Positions 27,403-40,400 of a stretch of DNA of 64,000 nucleotides are shown piece after piece. Numbering within the stretch: position 1 is the stretch's first letter; each line of letters begins with the position of its first letter. Under the pieces are notes generated by a model. It was not told where the DNA came from, made no database searches, and saw only the letters and a program-made list of their open reading frames with translations. The position numbers and the translations under genes are program-made. Source of the stretch: Camelus dromedarius (taxonomy: Eukaryota); NCBI RefSeq assembly GCF_036321535.1, contig NC_087436.1, forward strand, positions 30,320,001 to 30,384,000, read 5' to 3'.

Positions 27403-28489
27403 TAAAGTAATGTTTTGAATCATGTGTTAATAAATTTTGCAATACAGTGATAATTGTTACAATAAAAGTAAGTATGGAGTGCCATGGGGAAAGCAAAAGA
27501 CAGCATTAATCCCATTCTGGTAAGAATTAGGGTAAGTAGTTGGGTGAGGGATAATAATTGGATTTACAAATGAAAGAGGATGACACTTCAAGAGAAAATG
27601 CATTCGTGCAAAGATCTACTGTTAAGAGGGAAAACTGATTCCAAATGTCTGAAGCACAGAAGGTCTGGATAAGGGTGATGAAGAAAAGCCTGTATATTGG
27701 TTTGAAATAAAGCTGGAACAATAATCAGCTTTGTATAATATGCTGAGGGGTCTTATACCGTAGGCAGCGAGAAACATTTGAAAGGTTAATATGGAATTGA
27801 TGACACACAATTAGGTGTTTTGTTTTGTTTTGTTTTGTTTTAGATTTGTAAGTGAAGGATTAACAGCTGTTTCTGTGCCCTTTCCTAGCCTCAAGAATGC
27901 CTACAACTTTGACCTATGGTTGAATTCTTCTTGTATAAATAACAAGGAATTTATAAGAGGGTGGACATATAAGACTGAAAATATTTGAGGCTCTAGTCAA
28001 GGACTATTTTCTAAAGATCAAGCATGTGTGCCTTTTTATAAAGATAATTTATTTGGTAGGAAACGAACAGAACTGAGAATAAGATGCATCTGAACTAAAG
28101 AATAAGAATTAATCCACCACCCCTGGAGGGGAGAATGACTAGCTTATTATGAGAGATGAAAAGAACCCCCAAAATGATGACTTCTTTGGGCTGAAATAGT
28201 TTGTGTTTACCCAGCCCAGTCATGCGTTAGTACGCATGCCCCAATCTGGAGTGACTGGGTAATCAAAGCTGTGTCTAAAACTGGAAGACATGGGCACTCT
28301 TCTCTGCTATTTACTGCTCTGAAAATGATGTTGTTTATCTTGCATTATTCAAAAATAAACTTGTGGCTGGGAGAAGCCTACTGTTTCTCAAGGGTTTGTT
28401 AATCCAAACCCAAGTCCACTGCTGTGGTAGAGCAGAGTAGACATCGCAAAATCTGTTTACCTGATATATTCAACTGAAGGCACGCTAGA

Positions 28490-28800
28490 GGTTGGAAGTC
28501 TTGTTTAGAAGTCTGAGCTCTCTGCTGGTAGTTGGGGGTAACAGAACAAAAGATGTATGTAAAATAAAGGCAGTGAGGATGAAGGGGACAAGACAGATTC
28601 CAGAGAGGTTTAGAACATAGATGCAATAAGACTTGAAGATTAATGTCACATTAAGAATGAAGGATAAGAAAGAATGTAAAATAACTTCTGAGTTTCTGTC
28701 TTAAACCACTAAGTAGGAGACACATAATGAAAAATAAGGGTAGGGAAGAAGATGATGAATTTTTTCCTATGCTTCTAGACATATACCAAGAAGAGGTCTG
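28490..28800 (-). mobile_element. L2 fragment
   Basis: ggcagtgaggatgaagggg...caataagacttgaagatt...aaataacttctgagtttctgtctt, a reverse L2 pattern. Confidence 0.55.
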
Positions 28801-29241
28801 TTGGAATTAATAGCAATTGGTTGTTTCATTTGAAGAATTTAATTAAACACAAATCAAGCCTCTTTTATCTTGCTAATATCATAAAGAAGTAAATTTTAGT
28901 GTTGCTCCAACTGATATTTTATTGTCCATTAGAGCCCTTACCTTGAATGGATAAAATGTATTATTTAGTATTCCCATAGATTTATTGCATTTTCTCATCT
29001 CACTGTCATTGATCAATTTTTAATAAACTGGTGAACATCTTCTTGGGTACCTAGCTCAAATCAGCTCTTTTAATCTACAAGACTGTCATGTTACACACCT
29101 CCAAATAAACTTCTCATCTTTGAGTTCTCAATCTGTAACCCAAGTAATAAGAGTAAAATTTATTTGGAGTTTTTCTTGTGCCAGGCAATGTGCTAAGATA
29201 TACATTATACAAATATATCTCAGGTGTATGTTTGTGAATCA

Positions 29242-29281
<40 letters not shown>
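29242..29281. repeat. (ATCT)10 tetranucleotide microsatellite
   Basis: Perfect run seen directly. Confidence 0.95.
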
Positions 29282-29282
<1 letters not shown>

Positions 29283-29989
29283 ATCTTTTACATACTCTTT
29301 CTATGGCACTTAACTCTTCCTACTTTCAATTCTGTGTCTCTGTATGTCTGTGTATGTTCACATATCTTAACATGTGTATAGGATTATAAAATTTCTAAGA
29401 TATAGTCAATATCTGACTTAATATTTATGCCCCTTAAAATGCTTTTTCAGTGGCTTTCAAAACATTTTGGATTGAATAAATGGCTGAGTGAGTGAATGAT
29501 GAAAATGATGAATCTTCTATCAGTGTAATACAGACAGGAAAAAAAAGCCTTGTATATTGTACTCACTAGATATCTGAATGGGAAATTGTTGGGAAATTGT
29601 TAAGAAAACATCATACAAATCGGTTTGGCTTTGGCTCCGTAGAAGGTCTATATATGTTTATAATCACTACAAAATCATCCTCAGGTAAATTATTCAACAT
29701 AATCTCGTAATTATCATAAATAAACTGGAAGTGATTTACTATATTTAGGCATATATCCTGATTCTAAACCGATAAATGCTGAAACCTTTCCAAGAGGATA
29801 AATGTCTAAAATGTAGATATGTGTACCTATGCTAAAGAAATATAAAGATTTATAAATATATTCTTAATCTAAAAAATCCTCAATTATACATAAAGGGAAG
29901 GAGCAGACAAATGATATTTTGTACAATGTTGTCATGCAAAGCCATAATTTTAAACAGAAAATTTGCAACATCAATTATATAAAGTTATG

Positions 29990-30190
29990 TGCTACCCAAT
30001 AGAACTTTCTCTGATGACAAAATGTTCAATATATATGTTATCCCATGTAATAACAGCCAGCTCCAATGTGTTACTGAGCACTTGAAAAGTAGCTAGCAAC
30101 ACAGAACTGAATTTTTACTCTAAGTCCTCTTAATTAAGTTTAATTTAAATATCCACATGCAACTAATGGTTATAAAATAAGAAAGCAAAG
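29990..30190 (+). mobile_element. MER3 hAT transposon
   Basis: gctacccaatagaactttctctgatga..aaatgttc...ctgagcacttgaaa..agctag...gaactgaattttt...aatttaaata..cacatg. Confidence 0.75.
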
Positions 30191-32349
30191 CAAGGATTGC
30201 TAAATTCTACTCAGTCAGGACTTCATGTACAAGCTCGCATCTTCTAAAATATATTACATATAACTTGTATAAAAATGAATCATCACTTTCAGCTTTTTAT
30301 AATAAGAAATTGCCACAGGGATCCACAAAAGCCTATTATTGGAAAAAACAAATGTAGATGTACTGCCATATTAATTAGTGTTTAAGGGTGTTAAGAAACA
30401 ACAAACAAACAAAAAGATAATAAGGATATGAAAAGCTACTTGTCGGAACTACCCAGGGAACAAGAACTCTTTCTACTTTGATGGCCAAATTTGACAACAT
30501 TTCTATGAGCCTGCCAAGAATAGTTTTCTTAAAGACCAAATTATCCAATTAAAATATACTACATGGAATTTTGTTAATATGATTATTTTAAAAACAGACA
30601 TAACCTTCATTTGTTTAAAAAATATAAATCACATTTATCATCTTTCCATTTCCAGTTATTTTCCTTGGTTTTTAACATTTACTTCTAAGAAGCAAATCAA
30701 AATTTACTATTATTTTGCCCCTGGTATATAGATAATTTGGAAAATGTTTCCAAATTAGTCTGTCTTCAACATGCTCTGATTCGGATTTTTTAAATGAGCA
30801 TTTCTGTTGAAAGTTTGCATGATGTAATGCAATCCTTTCTGGTTAGACATCTGGGTAAATTTACTTAGTCTAATTTTCAGGAGATTGTAGATATACACAT
30901 TTTCTAGCTCTATGTAACCAATGTCAAATTGTTTTAAAATGCTCTCATACAGGTCCATAAAGTAAATAAAAATACAATCACACTGATTATAACATCAGGG
31001 ATGTAGCAAATACTTTGAAAATAGAGACAAAGGGCAAAGCACAAATAATGAAAAGAGATATAGCTAAATTTACTGAAAATCATTAGTTGCCCTAAGCATA
31101 AATTCTGAAATCTAAAAATTAATTCATTGTCTTTGACCAGTCTGTGAAAACTGGAATCAAAGTGAATCATGAAGATATTAGTTTCTAATAAAAAGACTCA
31201 CATAATATCAACTGAGGAAACAGAGGGTTTTCTTTATCTAAATACTGATGAGAATTGATTTGGTACTTTATATCTTCAATGGTAGATGTATGGATGTCTT
31301 TAACACACTCTTTCATTACTTTGACCCTGTACAAAAAAGACAAAAGCTAAATGCACATTCATCAAAATATTAACTTAAAATTTTGCTTCTAAAAGTAATC
31401 AGATCACAAGAAAATTTTATACCTGAGTATACATTAATGTTATTAGACTGGGGTTTTATGAATAAATAAGAATTGCACCAAATAAGTACCATAAGGTAGA
31501 AACTAAGCATTTCCCAGAGGTAAAAATTAAATAAAGTGTGTGTGTATATACATATCTATTTGTGTATATATGTGTATCTAGATAGATAGATAGATAAATA
31601 AATAGATAGACAGATACAGATATGTTCTTTTTAATATTTAATTGTCTGTTTGTCCGTTTCAAGACATTAGACATCAGCAGAAGCAACCAGGATTTGGAAG
31701 GAAAGGATCACAAACAAGGTGCCAACAGTGAAACATACAGAAGTGAGATGACATCTTGTCCACTGGCAGCTGCATTTTTCCTAAGACATTTGTCGAGTCT
31801 GTACTCTGTACAAGAGGCTGAGGATCGGAGTCCCCATAGTTGAGGGCCAATATGAACATATACATAGAAACAAGCAAAGATTTGAGAGGTTTTGTGAAAC
31901 AATATTAGAAACTACAAGATTGAGGATCTTGATGAGAAAAGCAGGACAGAGAACTCAGTCAGTCACTGGCTCTGTTTTCCCACAAGACACAGGCTGCAAC
32001 CAGAAGCCATCCAAGGGAAAAGAGCAAAATATTAAATAGAAATCTTTTCTTAAAAGCAGAACAGAAATTTTCGAACTCCTCCAATCCTAGGATTTAAGGT
32101 AGCTCAGAAGGAACCCCAGTGAACATGAAGGATTCACAGAATTTCTGAAGGTTACAGTTGAGGTAAAACAGAGGTATAGGTAGACTATGCCTTACTCTCC
32201 TCCATGTATTCCCTAAAGAATTAAGGGGATGAATTTACTCTACTTGCTTAGCAGACAACAGTGTAAACTCTTGAGGGAGAAATATAACATCATCTAGAAA
32301 AAAATAAAAATACAAAATAAGTAAATAAATAGATATGCTTTATACAGAG

Positions 32350-32790
32350 GTAAAACATTATATATCCCAGAGACATTCAAAAAATATAAAGAGAATATTA
32401 TAAAAATTTTTGTCTATAACCTTAATAATCTAGTTGAAATGGACAGATTCCCTGACATTCACATATTATCAAAATCGACACAAGCTGAAACAGAAAAACT
32501 GAATAGCTCTATACCAAAAAAATTAAACTTGGTATTAAAAATCTCTTCAAAAATAAAAATCTAGGCCCAGATGGTTTCACCTTCAAATTCTACCAAATGT
32601 ATAATTTTAGGATAATAGTCATACAAAAACTTTTTTTCCTTAGATACTAAAAGAAGACAAATTTTCAATTATTTTTAAAAGACCACAATATTCCTGATGC
32701 CAAACTAGATTAGGAAGTTATACAGAGAAAAATAGAGACTGGTATCCGTTCTGAATATGGCGGCAAGAACCTTTTAAAAATATTGCAAAT
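32350..32790 (+). mobile_element. Old L1 ORF2 fragment
   Basis: gaaatggacagattcc...ctaggcccagatggtttcacc..aaattctaccaaa matches the GPDGFT.KFYQ motif. Confidence 0.8.
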
Positions 32791-32794
32791 GGAA

Positions 32795-33400
32795 TTCACA
32801 AGAACAGAACCATGAGAAGTCCAGGTTACTCAATGGAATTTCCTGTAGATCATTATGAGGAGCCAGAAGGTGATCTCTTAGCATTACAGAGTCATGAGGT
32901 GTTTTGTCTGTGATGGAGTGGAGAAAAGTAGCCAGGTTAAGATTATTACAATGTAAGAATGTTTATGTGAGGGGCACTTAACTAGAGGACTTTACAGGAG
33001 GTGAGGTGGCTGGCTGAGAAACGCTGAGTGTTAATGAAAATTCAGGAGAGCTTCTACTGTATGACGTGCAAAAATTTAATAATGAGATTCCACAACGATT
33101 TTCTTGGTGGTCCTAACCAAAAAGGCAGTGGCTTTAATGACTCTAAGGCATAGGGTTATTCTTATGTCTCAGGATCCAGTTCCTGGCTGTAATACTCTAT
33201 GGGTTAATGATGGCCTTGTGTTTCTGAGTGAGTGCCCCAAGGATATTTCCTTCCTTTTTTAACAAACACACAAAAAAAGGAAATCTGATAATTGGGAAGC
33301 CCAAGGAAAGGTGGGCTTACCAAATTCTCCTTTAAGGCCCTGAAGGCTATGCATTCATTTCTTTCAAATGTGACCTTAATAGGTTTCCAAAATCTGTGCA
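32795..33400 (-). pseudogene. ERV1 (gammaretrovirus-like) pol remnant, RT connection domain to start of RNase H
   Basis: Minus-strand translation fragments AFRALKENLVSPPFLGLPNY, LGALTQK, YYSQELDP, ATAFLV and DLQEIPLSNLDFSW. Frameshifted. Confidence 0.8.
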
Positions 33401-33519
33401 TTTATCCTCCAACATAAGACACCACACTCAGGAAAAGTTCCTTTCTGACTTTAGGAACAAAAAGCCACTGAAACTAGAAAATTTCAGCCTTGGTCAGTGA
33501 TGCTTTCAGAAAAAAGTAC

Positions 33520-35085
33520 TCATCAATAAACATAAGAAAAGCAAGCACTCAGCATCATTGGTAATCAGGGAAATAGAAATCAAATTGCACTGTTATGTCA
33601 CAACACACAGACCGCCATGGGTAAAATGAAAACTATAATGTCATTTTTTGACAAGGATGTGAAGAAACCGGTACACACATTGAGAGTGAAATTTTCATTT
33701 TTTTATATTAACTTTGAAAAATATCAGCATCTGCTGAAGTTTTACATACACCTGTGATTCAGCAATTCCATTCCTAGCAATACATAGCAGGAAGTCATAT
33801 TAATCTTCACTAAATATATGTTTACTTTTATAAGCAACTAACAAAATGTTTTCCAGAGTGACTGTGCGGATTTACATTCCCATCAGCAATGTACTAGTGA
33901 CCCCATGACTGTGCATCCTCACCAGCGTTTCATGTTAGCACTAATTTTAATTTAGCTACTCTGATATACATATAATGATATTTCATTGTGGTTTTAATTT
34001 TCATTTCTCTAGTGGTCAGTAATGTTTAATGTATTTTTATGTTCTCATTTATTCTCTGTATATTCCATTTGATGAAGTGTCAGCACATCTTGCTCACTTC
34101 TTAAATGGGATTGTTTGTTTTTTTTAATGTTGAGTTTTTAGAGTTATTTATATATTGTTATTACTAGTCCTCTGCTAGACATATTATTTGCAAATATTTT
34201 CTCCTAGTCTGTAATTTGTCTTTCCATCCTAACAGGTCCCCGTTACAGAGCAAAATTTTTAATTTCCATGAATTTGACTTATCAATTTTCCTTTTATGTT
34301 TCATGGTTTTTGGTCAAATCTAAGCAATCTTTGCCAAGATTTAGATTTTAAAGATTTTCTTTTTTTTTTCCTATAAGTTTTATAGTTTTATGTTGAAGAC
34401 CATGATCCATTTTGTCCATTTCTATATAAACTGGGTGCTTTAGGTAAAGGTTCATTATTTGATTGTTGCTGTCCAGTTGTTCTAGTACCATTTATTAACA
34501 TGGCTATTCCTTCTTCATTGAATTGCTTTGTCAAAAAAAAAAAATTGGGCATATTTTATGGATCTATGTCTGCATTCTCTATTGCAATTTCATTTTTAAT
34601 TGTCAGGAACTGAAATCAATTCAAATTTCCATGAGCCAAATTTGATTGATCGAATAAAGGGCGGTATATACATAGAGTGGAGTTTCATAAAGTTATAAGA
34701 ATATCAAAATTATTACTGCATATACACATACACACATACACACACTCACAGTGGATGAATTTCAAACAGTACTGAGCAAAAGGATCCAGTTTAGAAAACA
34801 AGTCATATGTATTCCTCTTTACATAAGATTCAAAGTGGTCAAACTAATTTATGGTGTTAGAATTCAGAATGACAATTACATTTGTCATGGAAAAGTGACT
34901 GAGAAGGATCACAAAGGGGCTTCTGACTTACGAATAATGTTCTATTTCTTGATGCATCAAGAAATAATGTTCTATGTCTTGATGTTTAGCCTAGTGTGTT
35001 TACTTTGGGAACATTTTCCTAATTGTACATTTTTGATCTGTGCAATTTCTATATGCTAGCTATATTTCAATTTTTCAATTAAAAT
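33520..35085 (+). mobile_element. L1ME-like 3' end (33520-33820 and 34600-35085) with a nested antisense L1 at ~33822-34585
   Basis: catcattggtaatcagggaaat..aaatcaaa...cagcaattccattcctag, resuming later as gtggatgaatttcaaa...aaactaatttatggtgttagaa. The nested piece has reverse ORF2 C-terminus motifs (ttacattcccatcagcaatgta). Confidence 0.7.
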
Positions 35086-37047
35086 GAGTAAAAATATCTA
35101 ATCTCTTTCATTCTTTGATCAGTTTGAGTGGAGAGAATGTATACTTTTCATGTACATGTAACATGTTCTGGAGGGACTTAGAATCCTGCTCACCCTGTAC
35201 ATTACTCAATAGATTGTAGAAATGTCTCACTGATATCCTACAAATCCAATTTTTTCATGATTTGCAACACTGAGACCAATTTCTTCATATTTTATATTAC
35301 TTAAATACTGGATATGATATTATGAAAATCAGGAATTAACTTTATATACTCAAATTGCTTGAAAATAGAAAGACATTTTTTATTTAGTGGAATTAAATCT
35401 ATATTTTAAAGAATTTTGGGGAATTTCTGACACATAATCAGTGCAATGTATGAGTAGAATATACAAATAGAACAAAAAGTGAAAATGCAAACATGCAAAG
35501 CAGAACTTGACCTTTTTTTCAATATATATTTTAAGAAATTCAATGTAATTGAATTATAATGGTGTAGCAATACACTTCAGGAGATAGGTCACTCTCTTTT
35601 AGTCTCCTGTAATTTCTATAACATTGCAAAACACAAATGAATCATAGGAACATGTCACACAGAGAGGAGAATAAATCCTTGTTTTGAGGAATTTAAGGCG
35701 GGATCTTTAAAGAGGAATCCATGATTCTCCAAAAAATTCTCCTTATTCTAATCTTTCTCCAACTTTTAGGAAACATTATACATAACCTACAGGAGTTGAT
35801 GCAGAATATATTTTCCTCATCTTTAGAATTTTATTTCACACATGTAACATGCCTCACCTGAAATAATGTGTCACTATATGTTTATCTCTATAATATAATT
35901 TATTTGTATGGTTTTATTAGTTGGTAGTACTTATTCCCATTTCACATTATTATGTAAAATATTAATTCCCTCTGCATTCTTCCTCCTTCAGTTTTTCTTT
36001 CTTTTTTTTTTTTTTTTGACATAAAAGCTGTAAATTTCTCATGACTAATAGCTACTCTATTACACAAAGATCCTGTTCAAAGCTCTGAAATACCCATAGT
36101 GATTTTTCATTAATCTCTTGAGCAAATCTCAGATTCCCTCAGTTTCTGTTGGGTATGTTCATGGATATTGTGGTTCATTCAGTAATAGAAGAAAGAAAAA
36201 ATAAACTGGCAAATAAAGGATAGAGGAATTTTTTTTCTATATAAATAATTAAAAGACAGTGTGATGGAAGCCGCATGGTTAACAGGGATATAGAGAACTA
36301 GTAGCCAATAGAGTTGAAGTGACAGATCTTCAGACAGACCATAAAGGTCTAATAAGCAATTCTAGCTTAAATTAAGGAATTAGAAGTGAAATAAACAGTA
36401 CACTAAGTAACTTGATAACATCACTCAGGATGAATTAAAGAAGTAAAGATTAGGTTTTCAAATGTTTCTTAGGATGTACTACATTTGACAAGAAAATAAA
36501 AAGTAAAGTTTAAGCCTGTCAGTCCACAGTGAAAAGATCCAATTTGCATGAATGATTGGAAGAGTATCAAAAACAATTTGCAACTAAGATATAGGGGCAA
36601 TGACTAGGATTATGATGGACTTGTAAGCCAAGGTCATTGGAATAATGATTATGTACTGGTAAATTTTTTAAACTAAATTAAGGAATTTAGGAAGATAAGC
36701 TGGATTTGGGGATAGGAAATGATAAGTTTTATATTGGATAATTGCATACATTTTAAAAAAGGCAACATCTGTTCACAATATTCAATCACTACTTATGTTT
36801 GACTCTGGATGTTCTACTTATTTTTTTCCTATTCATTATCAGTCATAGAGAGTGAATGGGGCCTTATCTGGCACATCAACACCCTGATGCAGAGGTAGGG
36901 GACCGTTTTGCAATGTTTGTCAAAATTCAGGTTAAGATCTGTTAATGGATCAAGATTTGCACGTCTAAAAATGTAGTGAATGGGATGGGATATAATAAAA
37001 TAGATAATAAAGTATCAGAATGTAGCCCAAGTAGTAAGGATAATAAC

Positions 37048-37123
37048 GTGTGTGTGTATGCGTGTGTGTGTTTGTGTGCGTGTGTGTGTGTGCGTGTGTG
37101 TGTGTGCGTGTGTGTGTTTGTGT

Positions 37124-37156
<33 letters not shown>
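37048..37156. repeat. Compound (TG)n/(TGCG) microsatellite, ~110 bp
   Basis: Seen directly. Confidence 0.95.
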
Positions 37157-37159
<3 letters not shown>

Positions 37160-37224
37160 GATCATTATATAAAAGGAATTTATTTTTTACTATGGATCGT
37201 TTGAAAAAGGATGAAAGCCACTGG

Positions 37225-37430
37225 AATAGGGAATACATAAAGCACCCTGTGGAGGCAGATGTCCTGGGTTTGAATCCTAGATTCATCAATGTCAAGTATG
37301 TTGCACTGGCATTTTACCTGAAATCTATGAAATAAATGAAAAATCAAATGATATTATAATTTATAACACCTTCATAGATTTGCTGGAATGATCAAATGAG
37401 TAAATATTCATTCAGGGCTTATAATGATGT
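37225..37430 (+). mobile_element. MIR
   Basis: ggaggcagatgtcctgggtttgaatcct...cttcatagatt...gatcaaatgagtaaata. Confidence 0.6.
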
Positions 37431-40400
37431 GGAAAACAATGAATCAAGTCAGAGGTATCCTCTCCTTGTGTAACATGCAGTGAAGAGCACTGACCATTCA
37501 ACAGTCATTAGTAAGTCACATTTTTTATTGCAAATGCCAGGGAAGTCCCCAGCTTTAACATGATAGCTGCTAAAGGAGTGTCAGACTCTGGAAGTAAATC
37601 TTTAGACAGTTGTATAATCCACAGGACTATAGTTAGAGTGGGGCTACAGCTAACGTGGCCACAGTGCTGGGATTTAAAGGCCTTTCAATTCCTTTCATTT
37701 TTCTTATTCTCAGAGGAGGCAGGTTTCTAAGCTAACTGGTCAGAGTCACTTGTATTACAGTGTTTGAAAAATGCTCTTTGGCTCCAGTAAGTCTTTGTTG
37801 GAGATCAATTGAAAATTGAAGTGATTAACATGTGATCAGCAGTACATGTGGTTTTTTATTAGTTGATATTCAGGACTTTGTAATATCTAGTTCACTAGGG
37901 AAAATTATGTAATCACAATATTTCTATTCACAAAAGCCATCAGAAAAAAAAAAACTGTGATTCTTTCCAAAGTGTCTGTTTTTTAAAAATGCTTAATTTA
38001 ATAAAACATAAATTTTAATTTTAAAAATCAATGACTATTATAGCATTGCTATTTTACACAGATTTTAAAATAACTATTCCTATTTTTTTCCACAATAATA
38101 TTAAGCTAAAAATTTTCACAGTTCTCTTTCCCATGCCCTTTGGACTTTTTAGTTGATGCCTAGTTTGTCTATTAGTATCTTCCAACCTCTTCTTCTTCCT
38201 CAGATACAATTCAAGCATTGTTTTTTTCCCTCACCATATCACCTTTAACTTCTCCATCCCAAGTTTTACTTAAGGGTCATTTGCCAACCCAAATTTAAAG
38301 CATTGCATTCAAAATACAAAGTAAATACAACAATACTTTAAATAATGCTGGTGAATCAATTACTTAAGCTGATATCATTGTATGGAAGACAAGAAAAGAA
38401 CATGTTAAGTATTATATATTTTTCTAAACTTTTTATAAGCATTATTTCCTACAAAGTAGGTATAGTTAAAAGATAATAAAATAGCATCTATAGTAAAACT
38501 GTCATAAAGTAATTGTGCTGTTTGCAGACAGTTCTGTCCTTTTTTTATTGGTGTTTTATTTACATAGAATTTGACAACCAACATGAGTAAACATTCTGAA
38601 AACTCAGGTAGCAATAACAGTGAGACCATCTTTGTAAATATTAGTATATCTTAACCAGTAACTTTCTTTGAAAAAAAAATTCCTTGACATTTCAAAGTAA
38701 TAGCTGCAACTATGCAATCCATTAAAATTAACTCTCACATATGTCGACTCAGTGTGTATAATTAATAGACTATTTAATTTTATTCCACTGGGGCAATGGA
38801 CATAAATTGGAGAGCATAGGGAGCCATCTTTGTACTTCTCTTGCAGCTGTTAAACTTTCTGTACTTCTGTACTTCAGTTTCCTCATCTACAAAACAGGGA
38901 TGAGAGAAGTCCCAAGCCCAAGTTGATAAATGCTAATCATTCAGAATAAGGCCAGATATATAAGCCATAAATGCTAACCATCTGCTTATTAACTATTCAA
39001 AGATTAATATCACAAAACACTGAAAACCCAGAATCTATGACATTTTCATAACTCAATGTTATTTAATAAAACTCCCTTTCCTGGAGAAGCAAATTTAACA
39101 ATTCTGGCTTATTTCCTTTCAAAATTTTACACTTAAGATATTATTAATAGTTTTATTATTAAGGAATGTTCTTTCAAAAGCACAATGTTTAGAGACTATA
39201 TATCTCAATGTGTAATACAGAAAAATATCCAGGCTTTAATTATCAAACTTTACTATGCAAAAGTATTATTGAAACACATGCAGATTTCTACCCCATAAAT
39301 TCTGAGTGGATGTAAATATTAACCAAGGGTTATAGAAGATTTTGATATAGGCAGATCTAGAAAAACCCCATACAATAAAAAAGCTATTTCCCTAAAAGTT
39401 GTCCCCATATTTCTTGTTTATGATGAATGGTATATACACTGATTTGATTTCATATGTAAACTCAAATAGTAAACATAAAGCCATCCGCCTATATTAAAAA
39501 TATGGCTAAGAAAACTAAATACTCAAAAAGAATTTAAAGCAGACAAAATATTTCAAAGTTTTTTTTCTTGCTGATAAAGGCTTCCAGTTGCAAAATTAAA
39601 GAGAGAAAAATAATGATCAAATGAGAAGAGTATGTGCAGAATGATTATCTTATTAAAAATGATAACTACCTACATTCTTTCAATTGTATAAGTAACAAAA
39701 AGCGGAAAAGGTTAAGACTGATGAAGTGAATGCAACAAGGAGGAAGTTTACAGGTGGACTATCAGAATATTTTAACAATATTTTGTCTACTGAAATATTT
39801 AGGTGAGGAAGAATTATCTGCATGAAATTCTTACCTGAGATTTAATTAAGATTCCTAATGCTGAAAAGTTGACTGTCTTATCATGGATTACAGAATTTAA
39901 GATTTTTAATAAATAATATAGATTCATTAACAAAGATCTGAGGCAGCACACACAAATACTAGGTTGTTGGATACTGAGAAAAGAAAAACAAGGAAGTCCT
40001 AAAACTGAGAAATGAACAAACTGTGTGCTTTCCTTCATTGTTTGCAGTTTGGGGGGAAAAAAACCACTGGTGATGGTGTCTTGAAAAACAGAAGCTGTTG
40101 CTTGGTACTCTGCTTATGATCTCTGTGTGACAGACACCATTCCCTGCCTTCATGCTTGTCGGCCCTATTGGATCCTACTGACAAGAGGTGAAATCCTGTT
40201 ACTCCAATTTCAGACACAGATGTAACCTTCCCATTTGCTTCTTCAATGTTTATTTTGCCTCCAGACTGGTATTCCACACACCTGGCCTTTGTCACCACCG
40301 AGCCCCAGACCTCCTGTGTAAAATTCAATATGGACCTGAGACTTGTAAGAACTTGAAAATTGAAAATGCAAAGGTTTTTTTTCTCTGTAAGATTAAAATT

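Noticed and set aside
36942..37335. HT/CV-repeat ORFs
   Set aside because: These are translations of the (TG)n microsatellite.
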